64,000 bases of DNA from Phaeosaccion multiseriatum (GCA_965112735.1 OZ218963.1:434001-498000); one strand, 5' to 3'. Shown: positions 1-12,368, counted from the first letter of the stretch. Numbers and translations: made by a program. Notes: generated from the letters alone by a model not told the origin.

Positions 1-125
1 CTACCTCCATTGCCTGTAGAAACTTGCTCTACAACTGGGGGAATGCGGATGAAGAAGACGACTACAGTGACTGGGACGATGGTGACGTCTTGGAACACCT
101 CTGGCCAATGACCCCTGAGGAATAG
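1..125 (+). CDS. Orphan tandem-array protein, copy 0 (last exon only; gene runs off the window start)
   Basis: Frame 3 reads TSIACRNLLYNWGNADEEDDYSDWDDGDVLEHLWPMTPEE*, which aligns with the last exons of copies 1 and 2 (RN..NW..Y.GW.D....LWP.TP.E*). The sequence after the stop (TAGCGTGT..CAGTGAGGATGGG) matches copy 2. Confidence 0.8.
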   Translation, partial: TSIACRNLLYNWGNADEEDDYSDWDDGDVLEHLWPMTPEE

Positions 126-489
126 CGTGTGCCACAGTGAGGATGGGGAGGCCGAGCCTCCTTCCTCACCCCCGCGCTTTGCGTGCTATCGTGTTTGGGA
201 GAGACGAAGACTGGTGGTGAGGCGAGGAGCTCAGCTCGGGTTGGGAAGAGACGCGAGGCCGGTGCCCATCCTGAGGCTTGTTGAAGCATGCATGTCCCCC
301 AAGGTGAAGCGAGGCCTCGGAGCTGCTAGGCTCGTATGACCGGCCGACTCTGCCTGCGCCGGCCGAACGACTCGCGAGAGGTCCTGCCTGCAGTAGGAGG
401 GCTAAGCTGCGCATTGTACTTTGTATAATATTACTGTAGACAAGCAATTGATTGAGGGGAGAAAGGGCTATGGCGCCCTAGTGGTCAGA

Positions 490-502
490 GGGTTGTAAAA
501 AG
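490..502 (+). promoter_or_regulatory. Conserved upstream element GGGTTGTAAAAAG (TATA-like) of array copy 1
   Basis: The identical 13-mer lies at 1990-2002 upstream of copy 2. Both sit 50-60 nt before the ATG while the flanks have diverged. Confidence 0.5.
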
Positions 503-563
503 CCTCTCATTGGGAGCCTTTTTCTTTGCTCGCACCCTCCTACACTCTCCCCTTTTTGGAACC

Positions 564-1638
564 ATGATGAAGCTTACTATGTTATTCACGCTGATGGTGG
601 TGTGTCTTCTGCCCGGGCGTGGGCACGGTTTCATATTGAGCGGAGGCCCAGGAGGCCGAGGAGGCATGGTGATGATGGCAATGAAGCCACCTCCTACACT
701 GCTAGCGTATCACCGCGAGCAGCTAACCAAGCTGGGGGCCATGACCGTCCCCGACGCTCAACGGTAAGAGGAGTCATCAGGCGAGCTTCCTCACCAAGCG
801 AGCAGCGGGGGCAACAACAGAGAGCGCCGTAAGAGGAGAGAGGGGAAACTTACGACACTCTTGCTCCATCCTTGGTCTTCCCTGCCCACTCTTATGCAGC
901 ATCCTCCAAGCGGCTCAGGAGAGCGGTCGGGTTACAACGAAAGGTTATTGCTTCTGAGCTACTGCTTGTTTCTTGTCCGAGTGAGGAGCCGAAAGAGTTC
1001 TAAAGTTATCGCGTTGCACGTGCTCCTTGCAGGATCGTTTCCGTCGAGGGCACACACCGCCGCTTACAAGAATGAGGTCCTCTTGAGCCAGCTGACGATG
1101 CAGCAGGCCATCATGTGAGCGACGAGGACTAAGCCTCTGGAGACACGCTTCGCGGCTGGTTTGCTTGCTCTTGACTGAGCCCATCCAAGTCGAAGAGAAA
1201 GCCGCCTTTTGCTAGGGCACGGCGCATCCTCCCGTCCCACTTTGTTGCTTACACTTTTGTCCTCCCTGATCATTCTGCCTGGCTTGGTCTTGCTTATAAT
1301 CGCTCGATTCACTCAGGGTCAATGCGGTCGCTCGCAGACGAGGAAAGGCTCATGGGGAAGGTAAGTGTGTCACAAAACACGCGTGGCCTCTGCGCAGCGG
1401 GCGCGTGAGAGGTGGCCTATGAGATACGCCCTGGCAGACCGCCGCGACCAAGACTACTAACAACGGTGCCCGCGACCTCCTCATCCTCGCTCAAGGCTCC
1501 TGGCCGGCACGGGCCACTGCAGTTGCCAGTCGAAACGTGGTGAACAACTGGATAGCTGCCGACGAAGAGGGCGATTATAAGGGCTGGAGCGACGACATCA
1601 TCTTGCGCAAGCTATGGCCAGCGACTCCTAAGGAATAG
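564..1638 (+). CDS. Orphan tandem-array protein, copy 1; signal peptide + Phe (putative plastid-targeted or secreted), two internal 42-aa repeats
   Basis: Exons 564-763, 900-943, 1033-1114, 1317-1360, 1496-1638 (GT-AG, phases consistent). Protein: MMKLTMLFTLMVVCLLPGRGHG-FILSGG...MTVPDAQRILQAAQESGRVTTKGSFPSRAHTAAYKNEVLLSQLTMQQAIMVNAVARRRGKAHGEGSWPARATAVASRNVVNNWIAADEEGDYKGWSDDIILRKLWPATPKE. Intron positions match copy 2, and exon-4 differences in the aligned core are mostly third-position. Confidence 0.85.
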
Positions 1639-1989
1639 TTATCACCAGCAGAGGGAGGAAGAGGAAGAGAGATATGAAGTGAGTGATGTGGCGCGGGGCT
1701 GTGCCCACTGCGGTGCTTGTTGCAGCAGGACCACTAAGGCGAGGCAACGACACTGCCAGGCCGTCGAACGACTGCTCGGAGCCGCTGGAGGCATGGCATG
1801 ATCGGCTTAGCGAGCTACTCGCGAGGTCTCCGCTGCTACAGAACCACGTATTTAACTCAGACTATCATAGAAATAAAGAACGAGCGACTGAATTTTGTCA
1901 ACTTCCCCGAGGCTCTGTGTGTGCGCGCGTGCTCTTTGTTATTTGTACAAACACTCTGTCCGCCACCGGCGAGTGATCTTCAAGGTTCG

Positions 1990-2002
1990 GGGTTGTAAAA
2001 AG
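1990..2002 (+). promoter_or_regulatory. Conserved upstream element GGGTTGTAAAAAG of array copy 2
   Basis: Identical to 490-502, at a similar distance from the ATG. Confidence 0.5.
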
Positions 2003-2052
2003 TCCCTTGTTGTTGCTCTTCGTAAGAGAACGAAGCTACACAAAGTCCCACG

Positions 2053-3048
2053 ATGAAGCTTACTATAGTGTTCATCCTGATGGTGCTGTGCCTTCTGCCC
2101 CGGCGTGGGCTTTGCTTTATGTTCTCGGGAGGGGGCCCGCTAGGAGGTATGGTGATGACAGCAACACCCCCTCGTGAGCTGCTCTTTTTTCATCGACGCC
2201 AGCTCAAGAAAATGGGGGCCATGACCGTCCCTGACGCTCAACGGTAAGATGAATCATGGTGCGGGCTTCCTTAATTCACTACAACTTCAAGGGGGCGCAC
2301 ACATTATCTTCATCCTTAATCTTATCCTCCCTTTTTCAGGATCGAGTCTGCTGCTCAACGAAGCGGCGCGCCCTGTGGCAAAGGTGGGTGCTATTGTTTT
2401 CGCTACCCTTCGCATCGACACGGAATGCTATTGCTAACAGCCACCGGCGGCGCATGTGTTCCGTGGCAGGGTCTTGGCCTACGAAGGCAAAATCCGCGGG
2501 ACAGAGGAATGAGACCCTCTTGAGTGAGCTGACGATTCAGGAGGCTGCCATGTGAGCGACGACAACTTTGGATCTGAAGGCGCAACTGCTTTCGCTGGAA
2601 GAAGCCTGTCCACATCGAAGAGGGAGCAGCCATGTTGTTGGGAGCTTGCCAAGCCTGCAGGGCTCTTCCTCCTACTCCCCCCCTTCTTATCTTCTTCCAT
2701 ACTCTCCTCCTTGATGTATTCGCTTGATCAGGGTCAACGCCGTTGCCCGCAGGACAGGAAAGGACCATGGGAAAGGTACGTCAGCCAGGAGCCACTTTGT
2801 GGGAATGCGCACAAGAGACAAAAGGCCAGTCACAGCGGATCATCCGGTAGACCGCCGCTGCAAAGCGAGACTCACCGCAGCACCCGTGCGCTTCCTCAGG
2901 ATCATGGCCGGCACGCGCAACCGCTGTGGCTAATAGGAATTTACGCGAAGAATGGATGGATCCGGCTGGCGACTATAGCCACTTGTACAAGGGCTGGAGC
3001 GACGACGTCATCGTGCGCAAGCTTTGGCCAACGACTCCTAAGGAGTAG
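2053..3048 (+). CDS. Orphan tandem-array protein, copy 2
   Basis: Exons 2053-2243, 2340-2383, 2470-2551, 2732-2775, 2900-3048. Protein: MKLTIVFILMVLCLLPRRGLC-FMFSGG...MTVPDAQRIESAAQRSGAPCGKGSWPTKAKSAGQRNETLLSELTIQEAAMVNAVARRTGKDHGKGSWPARATAVANRNLREEWMDPAGDYSHLYKGWSDDVIVRKLWPTTPKE. Confidence 0.85.
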
Positions 3049-3558
3049 CGTGTCGTCCCAGTGAGGATGGGATTGCACCCCTTGCTTCGCGATTGCAGGC
3101 GAGCGAAGGGGTGCGGGGCTAGCTGTGTCAATCCTCCCCAGCCAATCCTCCCCCAAAGCAGGACAACCAACGCGAGGCCCAGCTCTGGCCAGAGTGACTC
3201 GCGAGGTCTCGGGTGCAGCGGAGGATGCGAGCATTTTGGCTGTCTTTAAAAAGTTTAAGTAGGGCAAAGCAAGAAGTAGAACAAGCAACGCGTGAATGAC
3301 GACCGAAGCAAGCCTGACCACCAACATCGCTACCTGGGTTTGGCCATCGACGTAGCCTTAGTACTGGGCGGAAGCTGTGGAAGCTAGGCCTCGGAGCCGC
3401 AGCGCTCGCAGCGCAATGTTCCGTTGTTCGGCTTTGCCCCGGCGGCGATCGAAAGACCCGCGAGAGTGGAAAAAGGAAGAGAAAGATGGGATGTTAAAAG
3501 CCAACCATTGACATATTCTTACACCTCTCTCCCTCAATCCCCCCTTTGCTAACAATGT

Positions 3559-3917
3559 AAGCCCAGCATGTTTGGGCACTCAGCGGCATCTGCTGCCCTC
3601 CTCGTCGCGCTCAGTCCTCCCCATAGCAGAAGCCGAGGAGTGGGGCTCGTCACAGCATTTACAGCAACCCCGCCTCACGTTACTTCCAGGGCACTTTGCA
3701 GGGACCTTGCTACAGGGGGGCGAGGCGTGAGGAGATGCGAGAGCCAAGGAAGGGGGAGGGGAAGGAGCAGCAGGAGGGATTTCAGCAGCAGTAGTGGTAG
3801 CACTTGGATCGGCAGTAACGGTACTGCTGGAGATGCGAGGAAGACGAGGAAGAGGAGGCCATAGGGACTGCTGCTGCTTCTTCTGAGCAAGACACCGAAC
3901 AAGAGGGGAAGGAGGGC

Positions 3918-3949
<32 letters not shown>

Positions 3950-5989
3950 CAAACCGATCGGGGGGGAGTGTCGGGGGACAGGCTGGCTTTCCCGGAGCTA
4001 AACAGGTATTGCATGGGCGGCGTGGATGATGATGACAAGAAGCTGGATCACGCACTCGCCCACAGATGCGACGAACAGTGTTGTCTACCTGTAGACGTCC
4101 CATTCCTCGCCTCAGCACTACCGCTTTTCAGATGATTTTTTCTTCTTGTTTCAGACCCTCCTCCCAACGTACTTAGCTTCCTTGTCGCCTTGGATCGCGC
4201 TAAGCAGCAGTCTCTACCCCCGCCCGTTCCCTGCGCCCCTTTCTTGACCAATCCTTTGGGCGGCCACAGTGGTGGCGAGATGAATCGCCTCTTCTCCAAC
4301 CTGGAGCCGTGTGACATCACGGGCTTTCGCCGCAAAGCTACCAACCTCGGGGCGGCCACAGCGCTGGTGGGGGGCACCACTGTCGGGGCAGGTGGGTGGG
4401 TTGGTTCTATACAGACGGACAGATAGACAGACAGACAGACACAGTTGGCCTTGCTCCTTTGACCCTAGCAATAAGTCAACAAGTTGAGCTTCCACTGCTG
4501 CTGCTCGGCTCAGCTCGCTGGGAAGAGAGCGAAAAAGACTCTGACAGGAACAGAGACACAGTACAACCCCCCTCTGACCACTGACCCGGCGTACATCAAT
4601 GCCCTACCCTGCCCTACCCTACCGTGCCATCCTTTCCTCCCTCTCAGGCATCTTGGGCCTCCCCGCCGTGACTCTCGAGCCGGGCTTCATCCCAAGTACC
4701 GTGGCCCTGGTTGGCATGTGGCTCTACATGGTGTCGTCGGGCCTGCTCATCGCGGAGGTCAACGTCAACCTCATCTGCAGGCAGGGGCAGCCGGTACGTG
4801 ATTCCCTACCTCCGTAGCTGGTACTCCACCGCCCCCCCCCCCTCTCACAGGTTATCCACTCAATCACTCATTCCTTCCCTCACTCACCTACTCCCCCTCT
4901 CCCTCCCTCTCTTCGCTCTATCCATCCCTCCCTCCCTCCCTCCCTCGCTCCCTCCGTCCCTCCCTCCCTCCCTCCCTCCTTCCCTCACCCCCCTCCCTCC
5001 CTCACTCATTCCCTCGCTCTTTCGCTTCCTCCCTCCCTCACTCACTCACTCTCTCCCTCGCTCCCTCCCTCCCTCACTCACTCCCCCTCTCCCCCACTCC
5101 CTCCCTCCCTCCCTCCCTCCCACCCCCCCTACCACTCGCTCCGAAGGGCATGGGCCTGCTGAAGCTGGCCGAGCAAGCCCGTTGGGAGCGCGAGCGGCGG
5201 GACTGACGTACGTATTCATCCATTATGCCCTCCTCGTGGCCTACATGGCCCAGGGGGGTGCGCTGCTCGCAGAGGGGGCGGGTGCACTGACAGAAGTGTT
5301 ACATTTGTCGCAGGGAGGGGCAGGGCAGGGAGAGGTCGCAGCAGGAGCAGCAGCAGCTGTAGGTGGTGCAGTTGGTGAAACAGCAGCCGCGGCGGGGCTG
5401 CCAGCTTCAGCCGGGCCGGTGGCGTTCGTAGCGATGTTCGGTGAGTTCGAGTTGGAGGTAAGGGGTGGGGGCGTTGAGCCTCTGCCTGGAGAGGGGAGGG
5501 TTTTTCCGTCTTCATGATGCTGTACCACCACACATCCGATGCATTACCCCGTCTCTGCCTTATACGATATCCTCCTCCTCCTCCTCCTCCTCCTCCTCCT
5601 CCTCCACCACCACCACCACCACCACCACTGCCGATCCCCAAGGGGGCCTCCTTACTCTGGGATCGGAGGAGCTGGTAGAGAATGTGAACAACGCATTTGT
5701 AACCGTTGTGCTTGTCTCCTTTGGTGCGCTGCTTGTGGCTGGGGCGGACGGCGTTGAGCCCAACCTCCTACTGAGGGCCAATGTAGGGGCAGTCTCGACG
5801 GCGATTCCCACAATGTTTGTGGCGCTCGTGTTTCACAATGTGAGAGGGTGACCGAGTGAGTCAGCGAGTGAGTCAGCGAGTGAGTCAGCGAGTGAGTCAG
5901 CGAGTGGGTGACCGAGTGAGTCAGCGAGTGAGTCAGCGAGAGAGGAGGGAAGGGAGGGAGGGAGAGAGGGATAGAGGGAGAGAGGGACG

Positions 5990-6020
<31 letters not shown>

Positions 6021-7075
6021 AGAGAACGAGACGGAGACTGCACGTGAGAGAGGAAGGGCAGAGAAGGAGTGAGTGAGTGAGTTCGTGCGGGAGGGAGAGA
6101 GATGTGGGCTGATTTGACTTTGAATTTGAATTTGAATTTGAATCGAGGAAGGAACAGCCTGCCCGATCCTCCGCTCTTGCCTCTGTCTCTGCCGGTGCCT
6201 CTGCCTGTGCCTCTGACGCGGCTCTGACACGGCTCTGACGCGGCTCTGTTGTGGGACATGTGACGCCCTTCTTCCTCTCCTCAGGTTGTGCCCACCATCA
6301 CCACTCAGCTCGAGGGAGACGTGGCGAAGTGAGTGAGAGAGGGAGGGGGGAAGGGAGGAGAAGGAAAAAGAAAAGGGGGGGGGGGGGGATTGTGATTTAC
6401 TGATTGAGTCAATGATTGATTGATGAAGTGAATGAATGGGTGAGTGAGTGAGTGAGTGAGTGAGTGAGCGAGTAAGGCTCGAGCGGCGCGGTGTGCGGGT
6501 AGCATGTTGTACTCAGTCCAAGTCCATTCCACCTCAACTGTAATCGAGTCTGTCGATCGTCTGGTCCTCCTTTCACTCCCCTAATGGTACCCTGCCGGGT
6601 GTGTTCGCCGTTTCAGAATCCGGCAGGCCATCGTAGTGGGGTCTGCGGTGCCACTGCTCATGTTCATCGCTTGGAACGCCATCGTGCTCGGATCGGTGGA
6701 TCCCTCGGCCGCCAACGAAGGTACGGAAGGAGGGAGGGAGGGAGGGTAGGGAGGGAGGGAGGAAAGGAAGGAGGGAGACAGAGGGGTAGGATGGGGGAGG
6801 GAGGGAGGGAGGGATGGAGGGAGACCGTGGGAGGGAAGGAAGGAGAGACGGGAGTGGGAGTAGAAGGGAAGAGAAAGAGGGAGGGATAGAGGGGAGAAGG
6901 AAGGGAGAGAGAGAGATGGAGGGAGGGGGGAGGGGGAGGAGGATGCAGAGAGCAGAAGCCTTAGAACGTCTCACCGCCACCTAATGTACGTACGCCCCGT
7001 TGGGTCCCAGCACGCAGGGCTGATGCCCAATCTTGGTGCTGGAAGAGTGTTCTCGCGCCTCCTCTCCCTCTCTCT

Positions 7076-7107
<32 letters not shown>

Positions 7108-7385
7108 TCTCTCTCTTCTCTCTCTCTCTGTCCCTCTCGCTTTCCCTTTTCACCTCTATCGCACCATACGCTTAGTATGTTTCCATTCTTCTCTTTTTTT
7201 TGCCCCCCCCTTAGGCCCATCTCTCTCAGCCGCGTTGGCTGGCAAGGTCTTCGATCCTCTGGCAGTGCTGCGGAGTGGAAGCGAAGGGTGAGTGTCGGTA
7301 CGGCACTGTTTCAAAAGCCCAGTGCCGGTACACACACACTTGTATGGCACTCTATGTAATGGCCAGTGACTGTGCGGGACTCTGT
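3559..7385 (+). pseudogene. Disrupted, 3'-truncated duplicate of the Tyr/Trp permease gene at 16290-21601
   Basis: Near-identical to the intact copy, introns included, starting 9 nt before the ATG (3568). A 4-nt deletion at ~3858 gives an immediate TAG (3862-3864), and a 7-nt deletion at ~5178 falls inside a TM exon. Similarity stops at ~7385, so the last three exons are missing. Confidence 0.85.
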
Positions 7386-7542
7386 ATTCAATCTGTGAAA
7401 GAATAAGCAGCAGGCCTTCAACGAAGTGCGGGGGGGACAGGAGGTGGTTCAGGGGGTTCTTTTGAGACGATGCTAAGTTCAATTGCAATTCGCGCCAACT
7501 TACGACGATGTGTGTGTGTGTGTGTGTGTGTGTATGTTTCAG

Positions 7543-10500
7543 ATGACTTGAGAGGGAGAAGCGGATGTGATTAAAGGGCTGAGGACCGCAGAAGACGAGA
7601 ACAAAACCCGAATTCAATACTTGAAGCAGCAGCAGCAGCAGCAAGGGAATCAGAGCCAAAATGGGCCGCCCACCGTACCCTGTAAGCAAGGTGAGTCACG
7701 GCATGGGGTATGCACATGAGACAACGCAGAGGTACCACCCACAGTGTGCTGACTGCCCACTGACACTGTGCTGATGACCACTGACCAATGACGACTGGCC
7801 TTACCCCTCTACTATACCCTCTTTGGGGTATACGGCTGGGCCTCTTGTGACCTCTTTCCATCGGACACAAGAAGGGGAAGGACGTGGCGCGGCAGTCGCG
7901 AAAGAAGAAGCGGCAGTTGCTGATACAGCAGCAGCAGCGGCGGCGGCGGTGGCGGCAGCAGTAGCGGCAGAAAGGACCAGAGTTGAACCAAAACAGGCTG
8001 ATGGACAGGCCCCTGTGCAGACCCCACGGAAGAAATCACCACCAACAGTGTTAGCTACGACAGTACCGGCAGAAGCTGTGGAGACAAGAGCAGCTGTAAG
8101 AGAAGCGCCACCGCCTGTAGCAGCAGTACCAGCAGAAGTGTTGGCGATTAGAGAAGCCGTAAGAAAAGGGGTACCACAAGAAGGAGCAGCACAAGAAGGA
8201 GCAGCAACAAGAGCAGTAGTAGCTGGTACAGCCCGAGATCACCCCCCGCCTACAGCCGTGACCGCGAAGGAGAGGGCCGTGAACGGAGCAGCGGCAGCAG
8301 CGGCAGCAGCAGCAGCAGAAGCAGCACTAGTAGTGGGGGGAGGAGGAGGAGAAGCAGGAGGGAAAGAAGGTGGTGGTGATGGTGGAGGAGGAGGAGGAGG
8401 AGGAGGAGGAGGAGAAGGAGGAGGGGGCAGAGTCGTTGCCAATCTGTCCAAGTCATGCGTGCTTGTGTTTTGTGCCAATCGGCCAGACTATCTCAAGCGG
8501 ACTTTGGGAGACATCGCAAGGCAAAATACCATCCGGGCTTTGGAACCATCCCTGTTGTCATCACACAGGATGGGAGCAATGCTGAGGTGAGAGGAGGATC
8601 GATGATGAGAGGGTGTCATTGGGTGTGATTAGAAGGGGGCGGGGTGGGGTAGGGAGGGCCGCTTTGGGGGGAGGTATTCAGATCTGTGGGAGGAAGGGAG
8701 AAGAGAAAGTTTTCTGTACTTTTTTTTGTGTTGTTTTCGTTTTACCTTCCCGGGTTTGGGTTTCCACTTTGTTCTGACTTCCGCTCCATTCCACACTCTC
8801 CCTCTCCCTCTCTCTCCTCCCACCCCCTCTCTCCTCTCTCTCTCCTCCCTCTCTCTCTCTCTTGCCTCTTACCTCCTCTCTCTCTCTCGCTCTCTCTCCC
8901 TCTTTCCCTCCCTCATCCCCTCTGTCTGCCGCTGCTGGACGCGTCGATGCGGGTTGGGGGTCATCTCTCTCTCCTCGTTGCTTGTGACCGGGGCATGTAG
9001 GTGATCAACGTCATAAACGCATTCCGCAAAGACATGCTCGGTGTAACTGATGTGTTTCACATACGCCACCCAGCCCCCACCGACACGACGCTGAATGGTT
9101 ACCAGAAGCTGTCCAGTCACTACAAATGGGCCCTCGGGCAGGTGGGTGGTTGGGTGGCTAGATTGGGGCTCCTCCCTTTCTCTGACTTCTACTTTCTACT
9201 GCTGCTGCTGCCGCTGCTGCCGCTGCTGCCGCTGCTGCTGCTGCTGCACACGCCCCGCCGTCCCCTTGCTTGCTTTTCCGGTCCTCATGCGTTCACACAT
9301 CTCTAAACAGCTCTTTCCTTATGTATATACATATACACCACTGCCCCCTCCCCTCCCCTCCCCCCTTCTCCTCCCCTCCCCTCCCCCCTCCTCCCCTCTC
9401 CCGACTCACAGGTGTTCGACCAACTCGAGCACAGCAACAACTCCCCCATCACCTTTCCTCACATGGAAAATGTCATCATCTTGGAAGAGGACTTGTCCAT
9501 TGCCTCTGACTTCTTTGAGTACATGGCAGCTCTCGCCCCCATGCTTGCCACAGATGAGCAACTCATGGCGGTGTCAGCGTGGAATGACAATGGTCAGATC
9601 GGACACGTCAGAGATCCGGAGGTGCGTGTGTGGGTGCGTGTGCGTGCGTGTGCGTGCGTGTGCGTGTGTGTGTGCGTGAGTGTGTGCGTGTGTGGTACGT
9701 ATGTGTGTGCGTGAGTTGCGTGAGTGAGTGAGTGAGTGCGTGAGTGGGTGTGTGAGTGCGTGAGTGGGTGTGTGAGTGCGTGAGTGGGTGTATTGTGAGT
9801 GAATGAGTGAGTGAGTGAGTGAGTGGGGACGCACGCGCACGTGCGTGCGTGCGTGCGTGACTTTCACTGACTCACTGCATTTTCTTTGGCCCACTGACTT
9901 ATGACTAGGTGTTGTATCGCTCCGAATTCTTCCCCGGCCTGGGTTGGATGATGCCCCGGCGGATATGGGAAGAATTGGGCCCCAAGTGGCCCAAGGGCTA
10001 CTGGGACGACTGGCTCCGGGAGGTACGTTCCGTCTCGATCCAATTTCGATTCGATGTCGGTCTTCTAGTAAAAAGGAGAGACCCCCATGTGAGAGGGTGG
10101 TGGCAGGGGAGGGGAGGGACTGGCGGAGCGAGGAACGGGGGGGGAGGAGCTTCCTCCTCTTCCTGTTGCCTGCAACCCCTCCCCTCTCCCCTGCCCCTGC
10201 TTGTTACCGTACGGCCCAACACTCTGCCCCCCCCCCCCCCGCTGTGGTATGTCCCTTTGGTGGCGAGTCGAGTCTCGCTCTCTGTTCTTACCACGCGGTT
10301 GTTTTTTCCACATACCCACTTTTCCCTTCTTCTTCCCCCTTCCTACTTACTTACCTACTTACCTACCTACCTACTACTTACCTACCTGCCTATCTCCCTC
10401 CCCCCTCCCTACCTGCTTACCTACTGACCTACATACCTACCAACCAACCTACCTACCTACCTACCTACGTACCTACCTACCTACGTACGTACCTACCTAC

Positions 10501-11518
10501 CTACCTACCTACCTACCTACCTACCTACCTACCTACCTACCTATCTACCTACCTACCTACCTATCTACCTACCTACCTACCCACCAACCAACCAGCCAAT
10601 AAACCATCCTACCACCCCGCCTCTTGTTCTTTTGTGTTCTTGTGTGTGTGCATGCTTCACCTCGACGAAAGCCCAACCAACGAAAAGGACGGCACTTCAT
10701 TCGCCCCGAAATCAATCGCACGTATCACTTTGGCAAGAAAGGCACCAGCAAGGGGCAGTACTCTGCTTCCTCGAGCACATTAAGCTCAACGACGATGTAG
10801 TAAGTGACGAGGGAGAGAAAGAGAGAGAGATTGCGAGCGCAGGAGTGAATTTTCGTCTCAGTTTATAAAGCCTTTTATCGATCCAAGCAATTGCCCGTAC
10901 CAGCCGCCAATTTTGCTCCTCCACTCATCCTTGGCTCTCCCTCCATCCCTCTGCAGATCCACTTCTGTGACCTAGATCTCTCGTACCTTTCTCCGGAGCG
11001 CTGGGACAAAGAGTAGATTGACCGAGTGAGGGCAGCTCCGGTCGTGAGCAAGGAGACAGCCATGTATAGAAGAGGTCATTTGGAAGAGGTGGGTGGGTGG
11101 TCAGAAAGCAGTCACAGAAACCAACCCCAGTCACACGTCACACAGTCAGTCACACGGTCACGCGGTCGCACAGTCACACGCCACCATCAAGACTGACTGG
11201 TGTCGCCCCCCGCCCCCCCCCTCCCCTCACTTGTTTGTGTTGGTTGTTGTCCACTTCGAGAGGCATGAGGCATGGCACCCTCCCTCCCTTCCTCCCTCCC
11301 CTCTCCTCCCCCTCCCTCCCCCCCCCTTCACTTTCTAGTAACTTCCCCACACGGACCGTGGCCCTTCACCACTCTTTGTCAGTGCCTTCATTGCCTTGCC
11401 TGCCCCTATGCCTGCCCATATGCTTGCCTACATGCATGCATGGTGTGATGCCTCTTACGTCCCGCCCGCCCTCCCCACCACAACCACCATCACCACCACC
11501 ACCACCACCACCACCAGC

Positions 11519-11553
<35 letters not shown>

Positions 11554-11782
11554 ATGGCAACTCACTCCTCCTCCTCCTCCTCCTCCGCCTCCTCCCCAAC
11601 TCCTCAACAAACAGGTCCGGGTGGTGTACAGCACCACTCACTACCGCGCCTTCGAGCAATTGGCCCTCTACATGAAGGCGATGGACAATGTCAAGGCAGG
11701 GGTGCCTCGCACGGCCTACAGGGGGGTGGTGTCGCTGTGGGTGGGAAGGGTTGTGGTGCACATGGTACCGGACAACCTTTGA
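7543..11782 (+). pseudogene. MGAT1: Alpha-1,3-mannosyl-glycoprotein 2-beta-N-acetylglucosaminyltransferase (GnT-I, GT13) pseudogene, 5'-truncated
   Basis: GT13 motifs are clear: [118 protein letters not shown]. Lesions: a 5-nt GCAAG/GCAAA duplication (8516-8525), a 1-nt deletion (~10765), an in-frame TAG (11014-11016) and a probable TGA (7549-7551). No N-terminal TM exon was found. Confidence 0.85.
10340..10595. repeat. (CTAC)n intronic microsatellite
   Basis: Direct reading. Confidence 0.95.
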
Positions 11783-12273
11783 CTGCATCCACTGCCATCC
11801 ACCCGAGGGTGCTAGACAACCTGGGACTGCCATCCACTGCCATTCCCCTCCTGTGCCAGACAACACACAACCTCTGAGTTAAAGCTACTGACCTCTGAGC
11901 TACTGACCTCTGAGCCACCTCTGAGCGGTCTGCTTGTCCCTGCCTATCACACGTGATGGTAGTAAATTTAGAATAGAGGGATGCTGAAGGAGGAAGTATC
12001 AATATCAGGAAGTATCAATAAAGGAAGTATCAATAGTATCAGTATCAGGAGGAAGTATCAATTGTATTCAATACAGCTTCCGGGGAGGAGTACCTGAGGG
12101 AAGAAAAGATGGAAAACATGAGGCCAACCCATTGCGGTGGAGGGGCAGAGAGAGACAGCAGGGCCCAGTAAAATTCTCTCCCTCAATTCATTCTTTCTGT
12201 GTGACTTGACGCACCACAGAACTGAAACTACGGTGGGGGGGGGGGGAGTTGTTCCAGAGATGGACGTCATTTT

Positions 12274-12301
12274 TGATGCCAAAGTATAGAAGGGCAACAC
12301 T
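12274..12301 (+). repeat. 28-bp repeat TGATGCCAAAGTATAGAAGGGCAACACT (left arm)
   Basis: Its perfect reverse complement is at 15928-15955, and a 26-bp direct copy is at 15881-15906. Confidence 0.95.
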
Positions 12302-12368
12302 TGGACGGTGGGAGTGTAGCTGGCTGGGTCAGTTCGCTCGCTCGTGGACTGGACTGGGCTGAGCGAGG

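Noticed and set aside
11014-11016. In-frame TAG/TGA as recoding (selenocysteine, pyrrolysine or an alternative code)
   Set aside because: The same gene also has frameshifts, and other genes in the window use TAG, TGA and TAA as normal stops.
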